Source of the DNA: the human T2T-CHM13v2.0 reference genome, Homo sapiens | Length of the DNA: 64,000 nt | Reading direction: 5' to 3' | NCBI GenBank assembly: GCA_009914755.4 | Contig: CP068257.2 | Location: 33,344,001-33,408,000 of the forward strand | Shown: positions 28,109 through 41,520 of the stretch, one piece after another | Layout of the letters: each line of letters starts with the position of its first letter | How positions within the stretch are numbered: the stretch's first letter is position 1 | Position numbers and translations under genes: made by a program | Notes under the pieces: model-generated | What the model was told of the DNA's origin: nothing | Database searches by the model: none | Seen by the model: only the letters and a program-made list of their open reading frames with translations

Positions 28109-29447
28109 CCAGATCTCTTTATACTGATCTTTGCCATTCTCTACTCTGCTTGGGGTAGCTTCTTAGTTCGTACTACAGCTTAAATGACTGATAGTTTTAC
28201 CTTTCTAGGAGAGCTGACTTCTCAGAGGTTACCTAAGCTTGAAGTCAAAGGCATGAGGCTGTGCTAGGAGGTGTGGGGGAGGAAGTTACTTTTGGAAGCC
28301 AGGGTCTTTCCCAGGCTTCTGAAATCATCCCCTTGGGCAACTGCCTGGCATGATGTGTCCCTGATTAAAGCAGTTTCTCTCCTCCTAGTCTACTTGGGAA
28401 GCTCTGAGGATGATTCTTTCTCTTTTGATACATCAAATCCACCCAAAGCAGCTTCTGAAAAAACTATGAAAAACTGGCCACAGGAGTGTTTGTTCTGGTA
28501 GAATTTAAATGTCTTTGTGCTGCAAAAGCTGAAATGTCTAGTAAGATTTCTGACCAAAGCCTTTCAGCTCACTATAAGCATTGGCACGAAGGGTAAACCA
28601 CAGGGATCCAGCTCTTACAATGCTTCATTCCCTTCTGCAGGCCCTAGAGACTCCCTGGGCTTTGCCTGCCACATCTGTACACTGGGGAGAAGGTGGATTA
28701 CCTCTTACGCTCCAAGTAGCAAGTCATTTAACCTCACTCCTCATGGGTTGGGGACGGGAGCATGCTCACAGGGTGGAAGGAGGATGAAACGGATGCACAG
28801 TAAATGTGAGCTGTTTTCACAATTACAAGTCTCACCTCCCACTCTGAGCTTCTATGACTCTATCGTTCATTTTTCTGCACAGGGACTGACTCAAGGCTCT
28901 AAGGTTCTATCTCTGTGCTGCTGCACTGAGCTGCTCCCTCCTGAATGTCTCTGCCTGTCAGTTTCATTCAGAGACCCCTGACCACCAGTAATCATCAGAT
29001 ATTTCATGCAGCTGGGTGAGGCATCAGATCCGACAAAATAGGAAGATTCTTTTTAAAACCAGAATCTCTAAAATGAGTTTGCTTGTGATGCAAGTAGGGT
29101 CTGGATCCTACAAACCACGGAAGACTTGCAGACAAGGCAGTTTCTTCTGGAAGCTTCCCCAGGGAAGAGCAGGAACCCCCAGAATGGCAGAGCTGCACGT
29201 GTGCCGCTGTGTGACATTCCTGGTGCTAAAAAGAAACAGTGATGGATCTTTGCCATAGTGGGGAAAAATGAGCCAGTGCAATAGGCCTAGTCATAAAAGG
29301 TGGATCAGAGGGAGGGTTTTAGTTGAAAGCTTTTGAGAGGTTGAGCTTCATTATCCTGCTGCTGTTATATGATGAACCACAGAGACGTGCACCCATACCA
29401 CTGGGGCTCTTTCATTAACGGATATAATGTTGGGATATGAGGAATAA

Positions 29448-29690
29448 TTTTTTTTTTTTGAGACGGAGTTTCACTCTGCCTCCTGGGTTCAAGTGATTCT
29501 CCTGCCTCAGCCTCCCGAGTAGCTGGGATTACAGGCACCCACCACCACGCCTGGCTAATTTTTGTATTTTTAGTAGAGACAGGGTTTACCATGTTGGCCA
29601 GGCTGGTCTTGAACTCCTGGCCTCAGGTGATCCACCCGCCTCGGCCTTCCAAAGTGCTGGGATTATAGGAGTGAGCCACCGTGCCCGGCT
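29448..29690 (-). mobile_element. Alu SINE with roughly 55-60-bp internal deletion; TSD GGAATAA
   Basis: 'ttttttttttttgagacggagtttcactctg|cctcctgggttcaagtgattctcctgcctcagcctcccgagtagctgggattacaggcacccacc...gtgagccaccgtgcccggct'. The 'tcacccaggctggagtgcagtggcgcgatctcggctcactgcaa' block is missing. Flanks 'ggaataa' (29441-29447) and 'ggggaataaattttt' (29691-29705). Confidence 0.9.
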
Positions 29691-30343
29691 GGGGAATAAA
29701 TTTTTGCTATACATTTTGCATAAAAGCAGACAAATGCTCAGTAACTTTTTCATAGAAACATCTGTAACTCTGTTCATGAGGAGAATGCCACAGGTCACTC
29801 ACTTATTTGCACAAAGAGCCGTACAGTTCAAGGGAACGCTGTGTCATTCTGTCCAACCAGGGGGTTAGAGAATCACTGATCACTAAAGCCAGGAGCAATG
29901 CTGGAAGCCTGTCTCCACTGCTGCGCTGGCGAAGACCGGGGCCCAGCCTCTGTGGTTCCACCTTGCCTGCCTCTCTTGCTATATCCCAGCTGCTTCAGGT
30001 TTTCTGAACATGCCAGGCCCCTACCTGCCCATAGATCCCTGGACATGCCTTTACCTCCTCCCGAAATTCCCTCGGTCCTCTCTTCCCTTGGCTAGATACC
30101 CCTTGTTAAAGAGAATATTCACATCTGCCATGGCTCCCTCAGCCTGGGTAGGCGCCCTGCCCTGTGCATTCTGGTTGGCCCTATGAGTCTGTTCCCTTCT
30201 GTGTCACCCCCAGTGGGGCCCTTGATGACATGGCTGTCCATGCAGTTTACCTCTACATAGCAGCTACGGGCACTTGGCTGACTTTATCTGACCAAACTGC
30301 ATAGCTATCACTATGTGCCCGGCAGCATTCCTAGCAGGGATTA

Positions 30344-30382
30344 CGATGATGATGATGATGATGATGATGATGGTGATGATGA
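30344..30382. repeat. (GAT)n trinucleotide microsatellite
   Basis: gatgatgatgatgatgatgatgatgatggtgatgatgac. Explains the poly-Asp ORF 30315-30599. Confidence 0.9.
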
Positions 30383-30519
30383 CTGTTATTTCTGTTTTAC
30401 AGGTGGAAAAGCAGAGGCACAAAGCGGTGATGTGACTTGCCTGAAGTCACACGGCTACAAAGTGGTAGATAGGGGAACGGCTCCCACGTCTGTATGGTCT
30501 GAACTGGGTTGTGTAGTGT

Positions 30520-30930
30520 TCCCCAAAGTTCATGTCCACATAGAACCTCAGAATGTGACCTTATTTGGATATAGCGTTTTTGAAGAAGTAACTGGTTAAG
30601 ATGAGGTCATCCTGGATTAGGGTGGGCTCTGAATCTAATGACTGATGTCCTTATAAGAAGAGAAAACGGACAGACAGAGGGAAGACCTCATATGATGCTG
30701 GAGGCAGAGACTGGGCTGATGTAGCCCAGAAGCTAAGGAGTGCTGGCAACTGCTGTAAGGTAGAAAGAGGCAAGGAAGGATTTCCCCCTAGAGCCTGCAC
30801 AGGGAGCAAGGGCCTGCCAACACCTTGATTTTGGACTTCTGGCGTCCAAAGCTGTGAAAATAATTTCTGTTGTTTTCAGCCACCCAGTTTGTAGTAATGT
30901 GTTATGGCAAGCATGGGAAAGTAACGCACC
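30520..30930 (+). mobile_element. MLT1-like ERVL-MaLR LTR, copy B (ancient, highly diverged)
   Basis: Same landmark order as copy A: 'gttccccaaagttcatgtccacatagaacctcagaatgtgaccttatttggatatagcg...gttaagatgaggtcatcctggattagggtgggctctgaatctaatgactgatgtccttataagaagag...caccttgattttggacttctggcgtccaaagctgtgaaaataatttctgttgttttcagccacccagtttgtagtaatgtgttatggcaagc'. Confidence 0.6.
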
Positions 30931-32292
30931 CCCTCTCAGGAGAGTGAAGCGGGCGGTGTCTCCAGGGGCCTGGACATTTCTGCCCCTTCCCAGGACAGGG
31001 TACAGAGCCAGCAGGCCTGCTTCCCTGGAAGTTCTGCCCGGTGGTGGATGTAGTGGGGGACTCCCAGATGGCGCACACATTGCACAGGCAGGCCAGCATG
31101 TTCCTCTCCCAAGATGGCATTTTGGGAGGTACACAGTGCTGGAGCACGAGCCAGGAGCCTGGGGCACATTCCCGGCAGCCAGACTTTGGAAAGCAGGAGG
31201 CAGCCACCTGGGGCTTCAATCTCCCTTTTTAGAAAATGAATCCCTGAAGTGAACATGAGTCAGGTACTGTTCTGGGCACTGAGGATGGATTAGGCAGTGA
31301 GATTGGTCCCAGTCTCTGTCTCCATGGAATTAACATCCTAGGGGTGACCAGCCATGAATCTCCCAATCATTAAACAAGTGGTGATTTCAGAGAGTGATAA
31401 GAGGTATAAAGAAAAACTCCCCTCTCAAAAGATTATGACGTTTCTTTCACAAGATTAAACATTACAAATATAAAAAAAAAAAAAGAAAAAAAAAAACAAC
31501 CCAAGAAATGGGATGGCGATGCCCTTTGGCCATGTTCACTGCTGCATATCCACACAAACGCCTTCGTGGCAGCCCAGGCAGTGCCCAGCAAGCTCAGACT
31601 CAGCCAGTCCTCGAGCTGGCCTGGCAGGGCTTTGCAATGCAGCTACCTTGTGGCCAGAGGGGCCCATCCAAGTCCAGTTTCTCCATGTCAGGGCTAGCAA
31701 TGAGGAGGATGACTGTGCAGGCAGCCTGCCCAGGCCTCAGCAGGGAGGGGAGCGGAGACTCCCTCCGGGTGGTTCTCTAGGCAGAGCTGCCAGCAGGGTG
31801 GACGGTTCCCTGAAAGGACCACTCTCTTGCCCTGCCAGGAAGGGCATCTGGGGCCTTTGGGAAGCACTCGTGGAAGGTGCTGGGTGCTTCACCTCGTATC
31901 TGGCGGACGCCATCACCTCTGCTCTACTTCTAGGGTGACTGCTTTGAGGAAGACGTGGCAATTTCAGAAGCTTTTTAAACTTCCCAGAGCAGAAGGCCAA
32001 GTTTCCCAATCTAATCTATATGCCTTAGCGATGTCACTCCTGGACAGGGATAATTTTAAATGCAAGCATACTGATGTAGCTATAGGATGGGGTAAGGTAA
32101 GATGTAGGGTAGAAACCATTATCTTAAAAAAAGAGCAACTTCAGAGAAAAAAGCAGTTCTAGGGGCAAACAAAACTGTACCAGAGGGGCTCCTAGGAACC
32201 TCAGGGACTTTCCATTTGATTTGCCTTTTCAGGTAAAACACCATTAATAGGAGCCAGAATAGAGTCAGAGGACAATGTCTGTTTGTTTGTCC

Positions 32293-32294
<2 letters not shown>

Positions 32295-32329
<35 letters not shown>

Positions 32330-32650
32330 TACAGGCACACACAGACACACACACAGGCACAGACACACACAGGCACACACACAGACACACACACACAGGC
32401 ACACACAGGCACACACACAGACACACACACAGACACACACAGGCACACACACACAGACACACAGAGACACACACACAGACACACACACAGGCGCACACAC
32501 ACACAGACACACACAGGCACACACACACAGACACACAGAGACACACACACAGACACACACAGGCGCACACACACAGACACACACACACAGACACACACAC
32601 AGACACACACACACACATACACAGACACACACACAGACACACACACACAC
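32295..32650. repeat. Complex (CA)n array of about 355 bp, interrupted by CAGA/CAGG units, with higher-order tandem structure
   Basis: Pure (CA)15 start, then 'cacacaggcacacacagacacacac...'. A roughly 72-74-bp block 'aggcacacacacacagacacacagagacacacacacagacacacacacaggcgcacacacacacagacacacac' is tandemly repeated (32441-32514 / 32515-32586). ORF-track peptides here are CVCVCV/HTHTHT. Confidence 0.95.
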
Positions 32651-34212
32651 GGGTATGTGACTGAGGAATGTGACATGAATGACCTGGCATAAATGCAATG
32701 TTCTAATTTATTCCACATCATTCACTGAGATTCTCCACTCACTAATTTTCCTAAAAGCAGATTTTTTCATATCCTTTGAAGTCAAGCAAGTGGTTTTGGG
32801 GAAAGGGTTGTTCCCTCCGGGCCGGCTGGCAACATACGGAATTGTCTCAAAAGCCCCGTTAGCAACAGAGGAAAGGTCAGCCCCCTCTTAGTGAATGGAG
32901 AAGGAGAAAGTAAAGGTTGTGATGATAAACATAGAGCAAGTTTTGACAACCATTGGATCATTTAACAGTACCAGAACATCTAGACGGAACCACATTTTTT
33001 TTTACCATTGCTATTCATATATTTTTTAAGAAAATTAAAAAAAAAACTTCCAAGACATTTTCTAAACTGGGAAGGAGGATAAAATATTTACCCATGGTGT
33101 AAACTATGTAAAATGCAATAATGTGTAAGACCTGGTATTTGACAGCATAACAGGGTGACCATAGTCAATAATAATTTAATTGTACATTTTAAAATAACTA
33201 AAAGTATAATTGGATTGTTTATAACACAAAGAATAAATGCTGAGAGGATGGATACCCCATTTTCCATGACGTGATTATTGTATATTGCATGCCTATATCA
33301 AAACATCTCATGTACCCCATACATGAGATGTGTATAGGTACAATGTGTGCATAGGAGTGCAGTGGTGTGATCACAGCTCCACAGCTGTGCACCTGCTATG
33401 CGTATACACCTACTATGCACCTAAATGCCTAGGTACCTACATTTACGGGTACTACGTACCCGTAAAAATTGAAAATTAAAAAGAAAAATAAATAAACGAA
33501 ATGATCTATTATCTTCTTCTACTGATGAGGACATAATGAAGGGTTTGGTATGTTAGACTCATACACATATATGCAGACTTCTGTGGTTGCAGTTAAATTG
33601 GTCAATAGATATAGACTGACCTAAGAAAAGAGGAATTAACTTCCAGCCTAATACTGACTGGGCACTTCTGTTCCCGTACACCCTCAGAGACTTCAGCCAA
33701 CTTCTGAAGCAGTTAATTGGCTTTCCTGGCTGGAACCGCAACGCCATTGCAGGCAAGTGTCTTGGAGCTCCAGACAGGCCCGTGAACAGGGTGGCAAGAA
33801 GTCTAGGAGAACATGAATCAGCCCCGCATGGACACCCGTGGCATTTAAGCCCGAAAGGAAACTTGACTGGTAGCCGAAGTCAGCAATGGATGCCAAGCAG
33901 GCTGTGCCATGTTGGGGGACTGAGGGGTGGGGACTGGCTCCTGAGCATGGCTGGTGGCCACGGAGGCCCCACCTTGTGAGGCCACTATGTCCCCTTTGGC
34001 CCTACACATCAGACTCCACCCTTCCCAGCAGACTCTCTGACCCTTTCAGCTCTGACCACAAAGGGTGGAACTTAATGAGCTGGGAACCCAATTTCTCACT
34101 GGTTTTGGTAAATTAAAAGCGATAAAATGAGTAATCCATTAAAGTCATCATTTTTCCTAACTGAAAAAAAAAAGTATGACAACTCTGTTGAGACTTGACC
34201 TCTTTGAAATAA

Positions 34213-34626
<414 letters not shown>

Positions 34627-37326
34627 TAGGAACTAATGCTGTCTTAATTATTTTCTCTGTCTCTCCTCTGCCTCTTCGAATGTACATGTGTAGGTGTATG
34701 TGTGTGTATATGTACGTGTTTCTTTTTATACTTGGCTTTTTGTAGCCATCATTTTTTATCTTTTAGAATGCCCCCACCACACATTCAGCATAGATTTGCT
34801 TTTCAGAATTTTGAACATTGAGAATTCTTTGAATATTTTCTAATACCTGAACATTTACCTTTATATGTCTGCAGCCTGTGGACAGGTGTGTAGAATAGCA
34901 GACTGTCAGACTTGGGAGGACCATGAGGCTATTGACTTGGACCTTCCATCTCATCAAGCAGGAATTCTCCCAAGGAACCACCGCCCTGACCTATCCCAGG
35001 GGTCAGGCCTGCCTAAACCAGGCTTGAGTTTTGTATATATTGCTCAGCTCAGTTGTAGAGCTCAGGTGTGATAACTCTGCCTAAGAGGGGATGAGGAGGA
35101 GGGCTAAATGGAGGGAAAAGTGGTACAGGAGAGAAAATAGAGAGAAAGGGACATTATAAGGGTGGGACTGGGGTCAGAGGCTGGGAACTGGGGGCTGGGG
35201 GAGATCTATCAGAAGAGAGCAGGCTGCAGGGACGTCCTCCTGGGTTCCTGCTGTGTCATGCGTCTGACCTTTTGTGTCTCTTTCTCAAACCCTGTTGATG
35301 TGTCAGCCCACGAGATGCTGGGGGTGTGGAGAGGACGAAGACCAGGGCAGAATCTTTGGCCTAAAAAGCAGAGTTCCTGGAACAGTGTCGACATTTTAAA
35401 AATATTAGCTAGCTTGAAGAGGAATGCTGAACTCTCTCTCTCTCTATTGTTCTCTCCTACTTAATTTCATAACTGATCTCCTCTTATTGAAACTGTAAGT
35501 GGAAAAAAAGATGGTTTCACAGAGATCCTCATTAAAGAAAGTGTTGCCGTAAGTAATCTAGTAATGTAGGCGTTCTGCAGCACAACATTCCTCCTGAGCT
35601 TATCACTTTACACTGTGAGGCCAAGATGTTAAAAAAAAATACACACATACACAGCAAACCCCTACTCCCAAACATAAGAGTTTAGATCTTGAGCAATAAG
35701 ACATAGATACTATCACAATATTTTGCAAATCTCAGAAACATTGCCACATTTTCCATAGGGTTAACATCTGAGATGAAAAACTAATTCAGAACTTATGATT
35801 CCTTTTAAAAAAATTCCCTTAGCCAAACTGAAGAAATTTACTCGGGAGAAGAAAATGACTTAACTTGTAGTTTCCACAATGAGAAACATATTCTCATGGC
35901 TTTCAGCCACTTTCTATCATTATGTGATGGGCTTAAATTGCATTCACTGACAGTGAATTAAAAGCATGAATGAAATCTTTAAATGAACAACTGAAATAAA
36001 ATCATGATTTAAACATCCTAGCACTTAAAAGTAAAAGAAACTTTTGCATGGCTGTAGACATAATGATCAATACTGAGTCTTAATCCCAAACCTGACAGCC
36101 CATATTTTTCAAACTGAGTGCCTCAAATTCACAATAAAAAAAAATAGGCCTCTTATTGCTGCAGTGAGATAGGGCAGTGTAATGCCTATGAGTGTGTCTC
36201 TTCCTGTGTTGTATCTGGCCTTGAGTCCACAGAATCCCCCAACATCAAAGGAAGCAGTAGGAGATGGTGTGTGGAACACCAGATAGCCGGAGGAAAGGGG
36301 AAACTCTTCCTTTGCCAAGAGGGATTGCTAAAATTAGATGGTAAAGTAGTCTTGGCACTGGAAGTCGTCTTGCTGACGATCAGCTTCAATAGATGATAGA
36401 ACTGTTGCTTATTTGGAGACTTTCAAAGAGAGGGGCTTACACCCCAGGCAGGAACGTCTTACCAGGCTGAAGAGCTCTTTCTGTGTGGAGATGCTTTCCT
36501 AGGTCTATCTTAAATTCTTCATGCTGATATTCAACCCCACTTCCTCTTGCTTTGGAGCTTAGTGCAGAAGGGGCCTTGCCAGGCACTATTCTTTTCCTGC
36601 AAACTTCCCAAGATGATTTTCATAACTCAAGACCATCATCCTTCTCTCCCCAACACCCCCAATCTGGGCGCTTCATTTTGGCCTTCTCTGTGCATTTGGG
36701 GTGCATGTGGAAAGAAGGTTCTGCAAGATGGGGTGGAAGGACCAGGACTGGGCTCTCACTTGGGCTGAGCGTATGGTCACCTGGCACATCCAGGGCCATC
36801 TCTACTCTCCTCCCCCATCTCCCTTGCCTCTGCCTTGCCCTGGTGACATTATCTAGACATCTACCACTCAAATGTATGACTTGGGTAAGCATTGCATCTT
36901 CTATGTTTCTCTTTTAAACTTTGAGACCATCAGGAAAGGGTTGAGCCTGTCAATATTAATATCTTTGCTGCCCTCGTTTCCTCTCAAGAAAATATTTAGG
37001 GAAGCAAGAAGGGCTGGGAGAGGGGATGAAGAGGAAAAGCAGGGGGCTTAGGAAAAGGGGACCTGAGCAGGGGCCACAGAGATCAGCCCCATTTTCCTGA
37101 GAACGTCCCTGTGGCTTCCTCAGAGGGACCACACAACGTCCAGAGACCACCGTGTGACTTTCAGAGATAACAGCGACAGTTCCTGGCAACATTTGCTCCC
37201 TCCCCCACCTCCATCCTTCATCCTCCTCCTCAGAGAATTTTATTTGGCTTTGGGCAACATGAAAGTCAACTCCACAGAGTGCAGAGGGAGTCAGAGAGCC
37301 CAGTCCTCATCTCATCTGGTCAGCTT

Positions 37327-37675
<349 letters not shown>

Positions 37676-39021
37676 TCACCCTACTAAATATCCACCCATG
37701 AAGTACAATTGGGAAATCTGTGCTCCAAAGCAAAACCATTCTCTTTGAAGGAGCCAGCCTAGACTGCTCTATCCCACCAATGAGAGAGTTAATAGACTTG
37801 ATGGGAGACAGGCACATGGCAATAAGGAGGTCTGTTCTTAGGTGAAATAGGTGAGTTGTGCTGGCCATCAGCACTGGAAGCCCTGAATTCAGGCCTTTGG
37901 GTGAGCAGGGCAGCACACACAACTGGGCAGAGTGGCCCTTTATCTCATGCCAGCTGGACCCAGAGCCGGAGCTTGGAGGCTGGGGTGATCAGGCTGTTCT
38001 TGGCAGAGGTTCCTGAAATGAAATGACTCTGGTGGTGATGGGAGGCCGTGGCTCCAGGCCTGCCCCAGCATAACACGTTGTTAGCATATGTTAACAGGCT
38101 GCCTTTTCTCCAAAGATCACAAAATGCATTCCATTTAGTGTCTGTTTTGGAAGTGTTGCTATCTGTGTTTTATAGGTGACAAAACCAAGATACATCAAGG
38201 TCATGGAGCCCCCACAGCTGAGGGTGAGTGAGTTAGGGGCTGACCTGGGAGACCTGCGCTTCCTGATTCTCAGGCTGTTGCTCAACAGCTGACCCCTGAT
38301 CTTTCCAAACTCCTTCCAGAATGGTCCTTTTGGCCTGCAGATCTCAGGGTCTGGTAGGAGTTAAAAGGAACACGTGTGTTCTGAACTCCCTGGAAGAGAG
38401 TATTGAAAACACACACACAATCTAGTGTTCGACATGTGGGGACCGAGATGAAAGGGGACAGCTGTTTCAGTGCTGGGTTTTGTGACCACACGTGGTTAGG
38501 CCTTCAGCCCACGGAAAGCACATGGAAAATGAGTGGAAGACCTGGCTCCCTCTCTTCTCTCCCGTTAGGCACAAGACGGTGTAAATCCTGGTCTTCCTCC
38601 TTTTAAAAGTGTGACTATCGCGTCAGACTAAGCTTTCTAAGGAACTCGCCACTGGTATCATTCAACAGAAAGGAACCTGCTAGATTAAAGCTAAGTGAAA
38701 TTTTCCAAATGATTTCAGCTGGCTCTACCTAGTGGTTAAGCTTCATCTTTATCGGGCTGAACGAGATGAGCTTTCACCCAAGATGTTGGAGCCACGCTTA
38801 TAATATTTGACTTTTACACAAACAGTTATTTGATTGCAATCCAAACAAAAGCAAATGATGTCCAAAGTTAGAACTATGGATACAAGGCACTGAAACATCT
38901 TAAAACTCAAGGCTGAAAGGTATCTAAGGAATTTTTGTCTCAAGGAAGAGGTGTTATAATTCCCAAAAAGGAAACTGTGTCTACTGATTTTTTTAAATCT
39001 AGAGGGAAGACGATCATATAA

Positions 39022-39337
<316 letters not shown>

Positions 39338-40229
39338 TCATATAATTTTCATCAGGCACTAAAGCTTAACAATCAACTGGCAAACAAATGTTTACCATAC
39401 ACGACTGTATGCAAAGTTCCGGAAGGGCAGGCAGATAGCTATTTTATTCATGTTCCCATAGTCGAGTGCTTCATGTTCTTTGGACTTGTATAAGTAACAT
39501 TAACTACTCTTAATACTGGGAAATTCTTTGTTATCTCTCTCAACCGTCTCTCACATCATTGCCTTTTGGTATGGCCTCCTAATCTGAGTTCTGTTCCAGG
39601 GAAAATGGGAATGGAAGTCACTCTCAATGACAGCCCTGCACACGCAGGGAACACCTGGTTACTAGTTTGTCCCTGAGCCACTTCTTCTGGTGCCAGGCTG
39701 AGCTAAGGATAAGGCAGCAGAAAGCAAAAGGCAACCTCGAATGTCTCTAGATCCAGACTTTTGGTCTTTCCCTCCAAATGTCTTCCTCCCATAGTCCTCT
39801 ATGGCAATTGCAGTTTCCAGATTTCTTACGCTGAAGAACATGTGATACTTCCATGCCTGTTTTCTTTTGCTCGTTCCCTCCATCTACCAGTCATCGACTA
39901 ATGCTGGTTTTACCTCCAAAACAGTCACTCTCTTTACCGTCTCTATAATTTTTTTTACTTCCATTTGCAATAGTTTCTTATTTGTATTTTTTAAAAGTTT
40001 TTTTAATAGCCTTATTGAGATATAATTCACATATCATATAGTTCACCTATTTCAAATGTACAATTCAATAAGTTTTTGGCCTATTTTTTTTTTGAGTTAT
40101 GGTTTTATATATATATATACGCATATATAACATACAGTTTGACATTTTAAGAATTTTTAACTATAGTTCTATGGCACTAATTACATTCACAATGTTGGCA
40201 ATAATAATTACTATTCATTTTTCCCAAAA

Positions 40230-40945
40230 CTTTTTAATTGCCCAAATAAAGACTAAATATGCATTAGGAGTAGAAGAAAACTTCAACACGATAAAGCTCA
40301 TATATAGAAACCCACAACTAACATAATACCGAATGATAAACTACTGAAAGCTTTTCCCCTAAGATCAGGAACAAGACAAGGATGTTCACTCTTGCCACTT
40401 CTATTCAACACAGTACTGGAAATTCTAGCCGGAGCAATTAAGAAAACAACATATAAAAGACACCCAAATTGGAAAGTAAGGAGTCAAATTATCTCTTTAC
40501 AGATGCCATGATATTATATGTAGAAAACTCTAAAGAATCCTGAAATAAAAATCTGTTCGATATAATAAGTGAATTCTGCAAGCTTGTAGAATATATAGAA
40601 ACACAAAGAGCAGTTGTGTTTCTACATACTTGCAATGACCAATTCAAAAAGGTAACTGAAAACAATTTCATTCAAAATAACATTGAAAAGAACAAAATAT
40701 GTACAAGTAAATTTTAAACAAGGAGGCAAAAGACTCATATACTGAAAACCACAAAATATTACTCAAAGAAATTAAAGAACAAAATAAATGAAAAGGCACC
40801 TCATGTTCATGGATTGGAAGACCTGCTGTTAAGATAACTATACTACCCAAAGCAAACTAAAGATTCAGTGCAATCCCCCATCAAAATCCCAATATTATTA
40901 TTATTATTATTACTATTTTTACAGAAATAATAAGACCCATCCTGA
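40230..40945 (+). mobile_element. Ancient LINE-1 fragment (ORF2 reverse-transcriptase/C-terminal region, L1M/L1P-like), non-functional
   Basis: Collinear with L1 ORF2 DNA: '...ctgaaagcttttcccctaagatcaggaacaagacaaggatgttcactcttgccacttctattcaacacagtactggaaattctagccggagcaatt...acccaaattggaaag...gtcaaattatctctttacagatgccatgatattatatgtagaaaac...attactcaaagaaattaaagaacaaaataaatgaaaaggcacctcatgttcatggattggaagac...actatactacccaaagcaaactaaagattcagtgcaatccccatcaaaatcccaat'. Multiple frameshifts and stops. Confidence 0.8.
40893..40913. repeat. (ATT)n microsatellite embedded in the L1 fragment
   Basis: attattattattattattact. Confidence 0.8.
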
Positions 40946-41144
40946 AATGCTAACTGGCTTTTTGCACTTGCTGTTTCTCCTTCCTGGTGTGCTCCTGAGT
41001 CAGACATTAGCATGGCTCCCAGTGTCACCTCCTTCAGGTGAGTATGCCACATGACACTCATCACCTTCTCAGCGTGCCCCTCCTTCACCAGCTTTGCACC
41101 CCCAGCTGCCCCTTATTTGTCTTATGCTTTTCCATTGCCCTTAG

Positions 41145-41520
<376 letters not shown>

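Noticed and set aside
30315-30599. ORF beginning with a poly-Asp run (DDDDDDDDDGDDD)
   Set aside because: Produced by the (GAT)n microsatellite at 30344-30382. The remainder overlaps the MLT1-like LTR copy B.
31240-31340. Short stretch resembling the 5' part of a MIR-type SINE ('caggtactgttctgggcactgaggatgg...ctccatggaattaacatcctagggg')
   Set aside because: Similarity is too short and degenerate for me to assign family or orientation confidently, so I left it out of the feature list.
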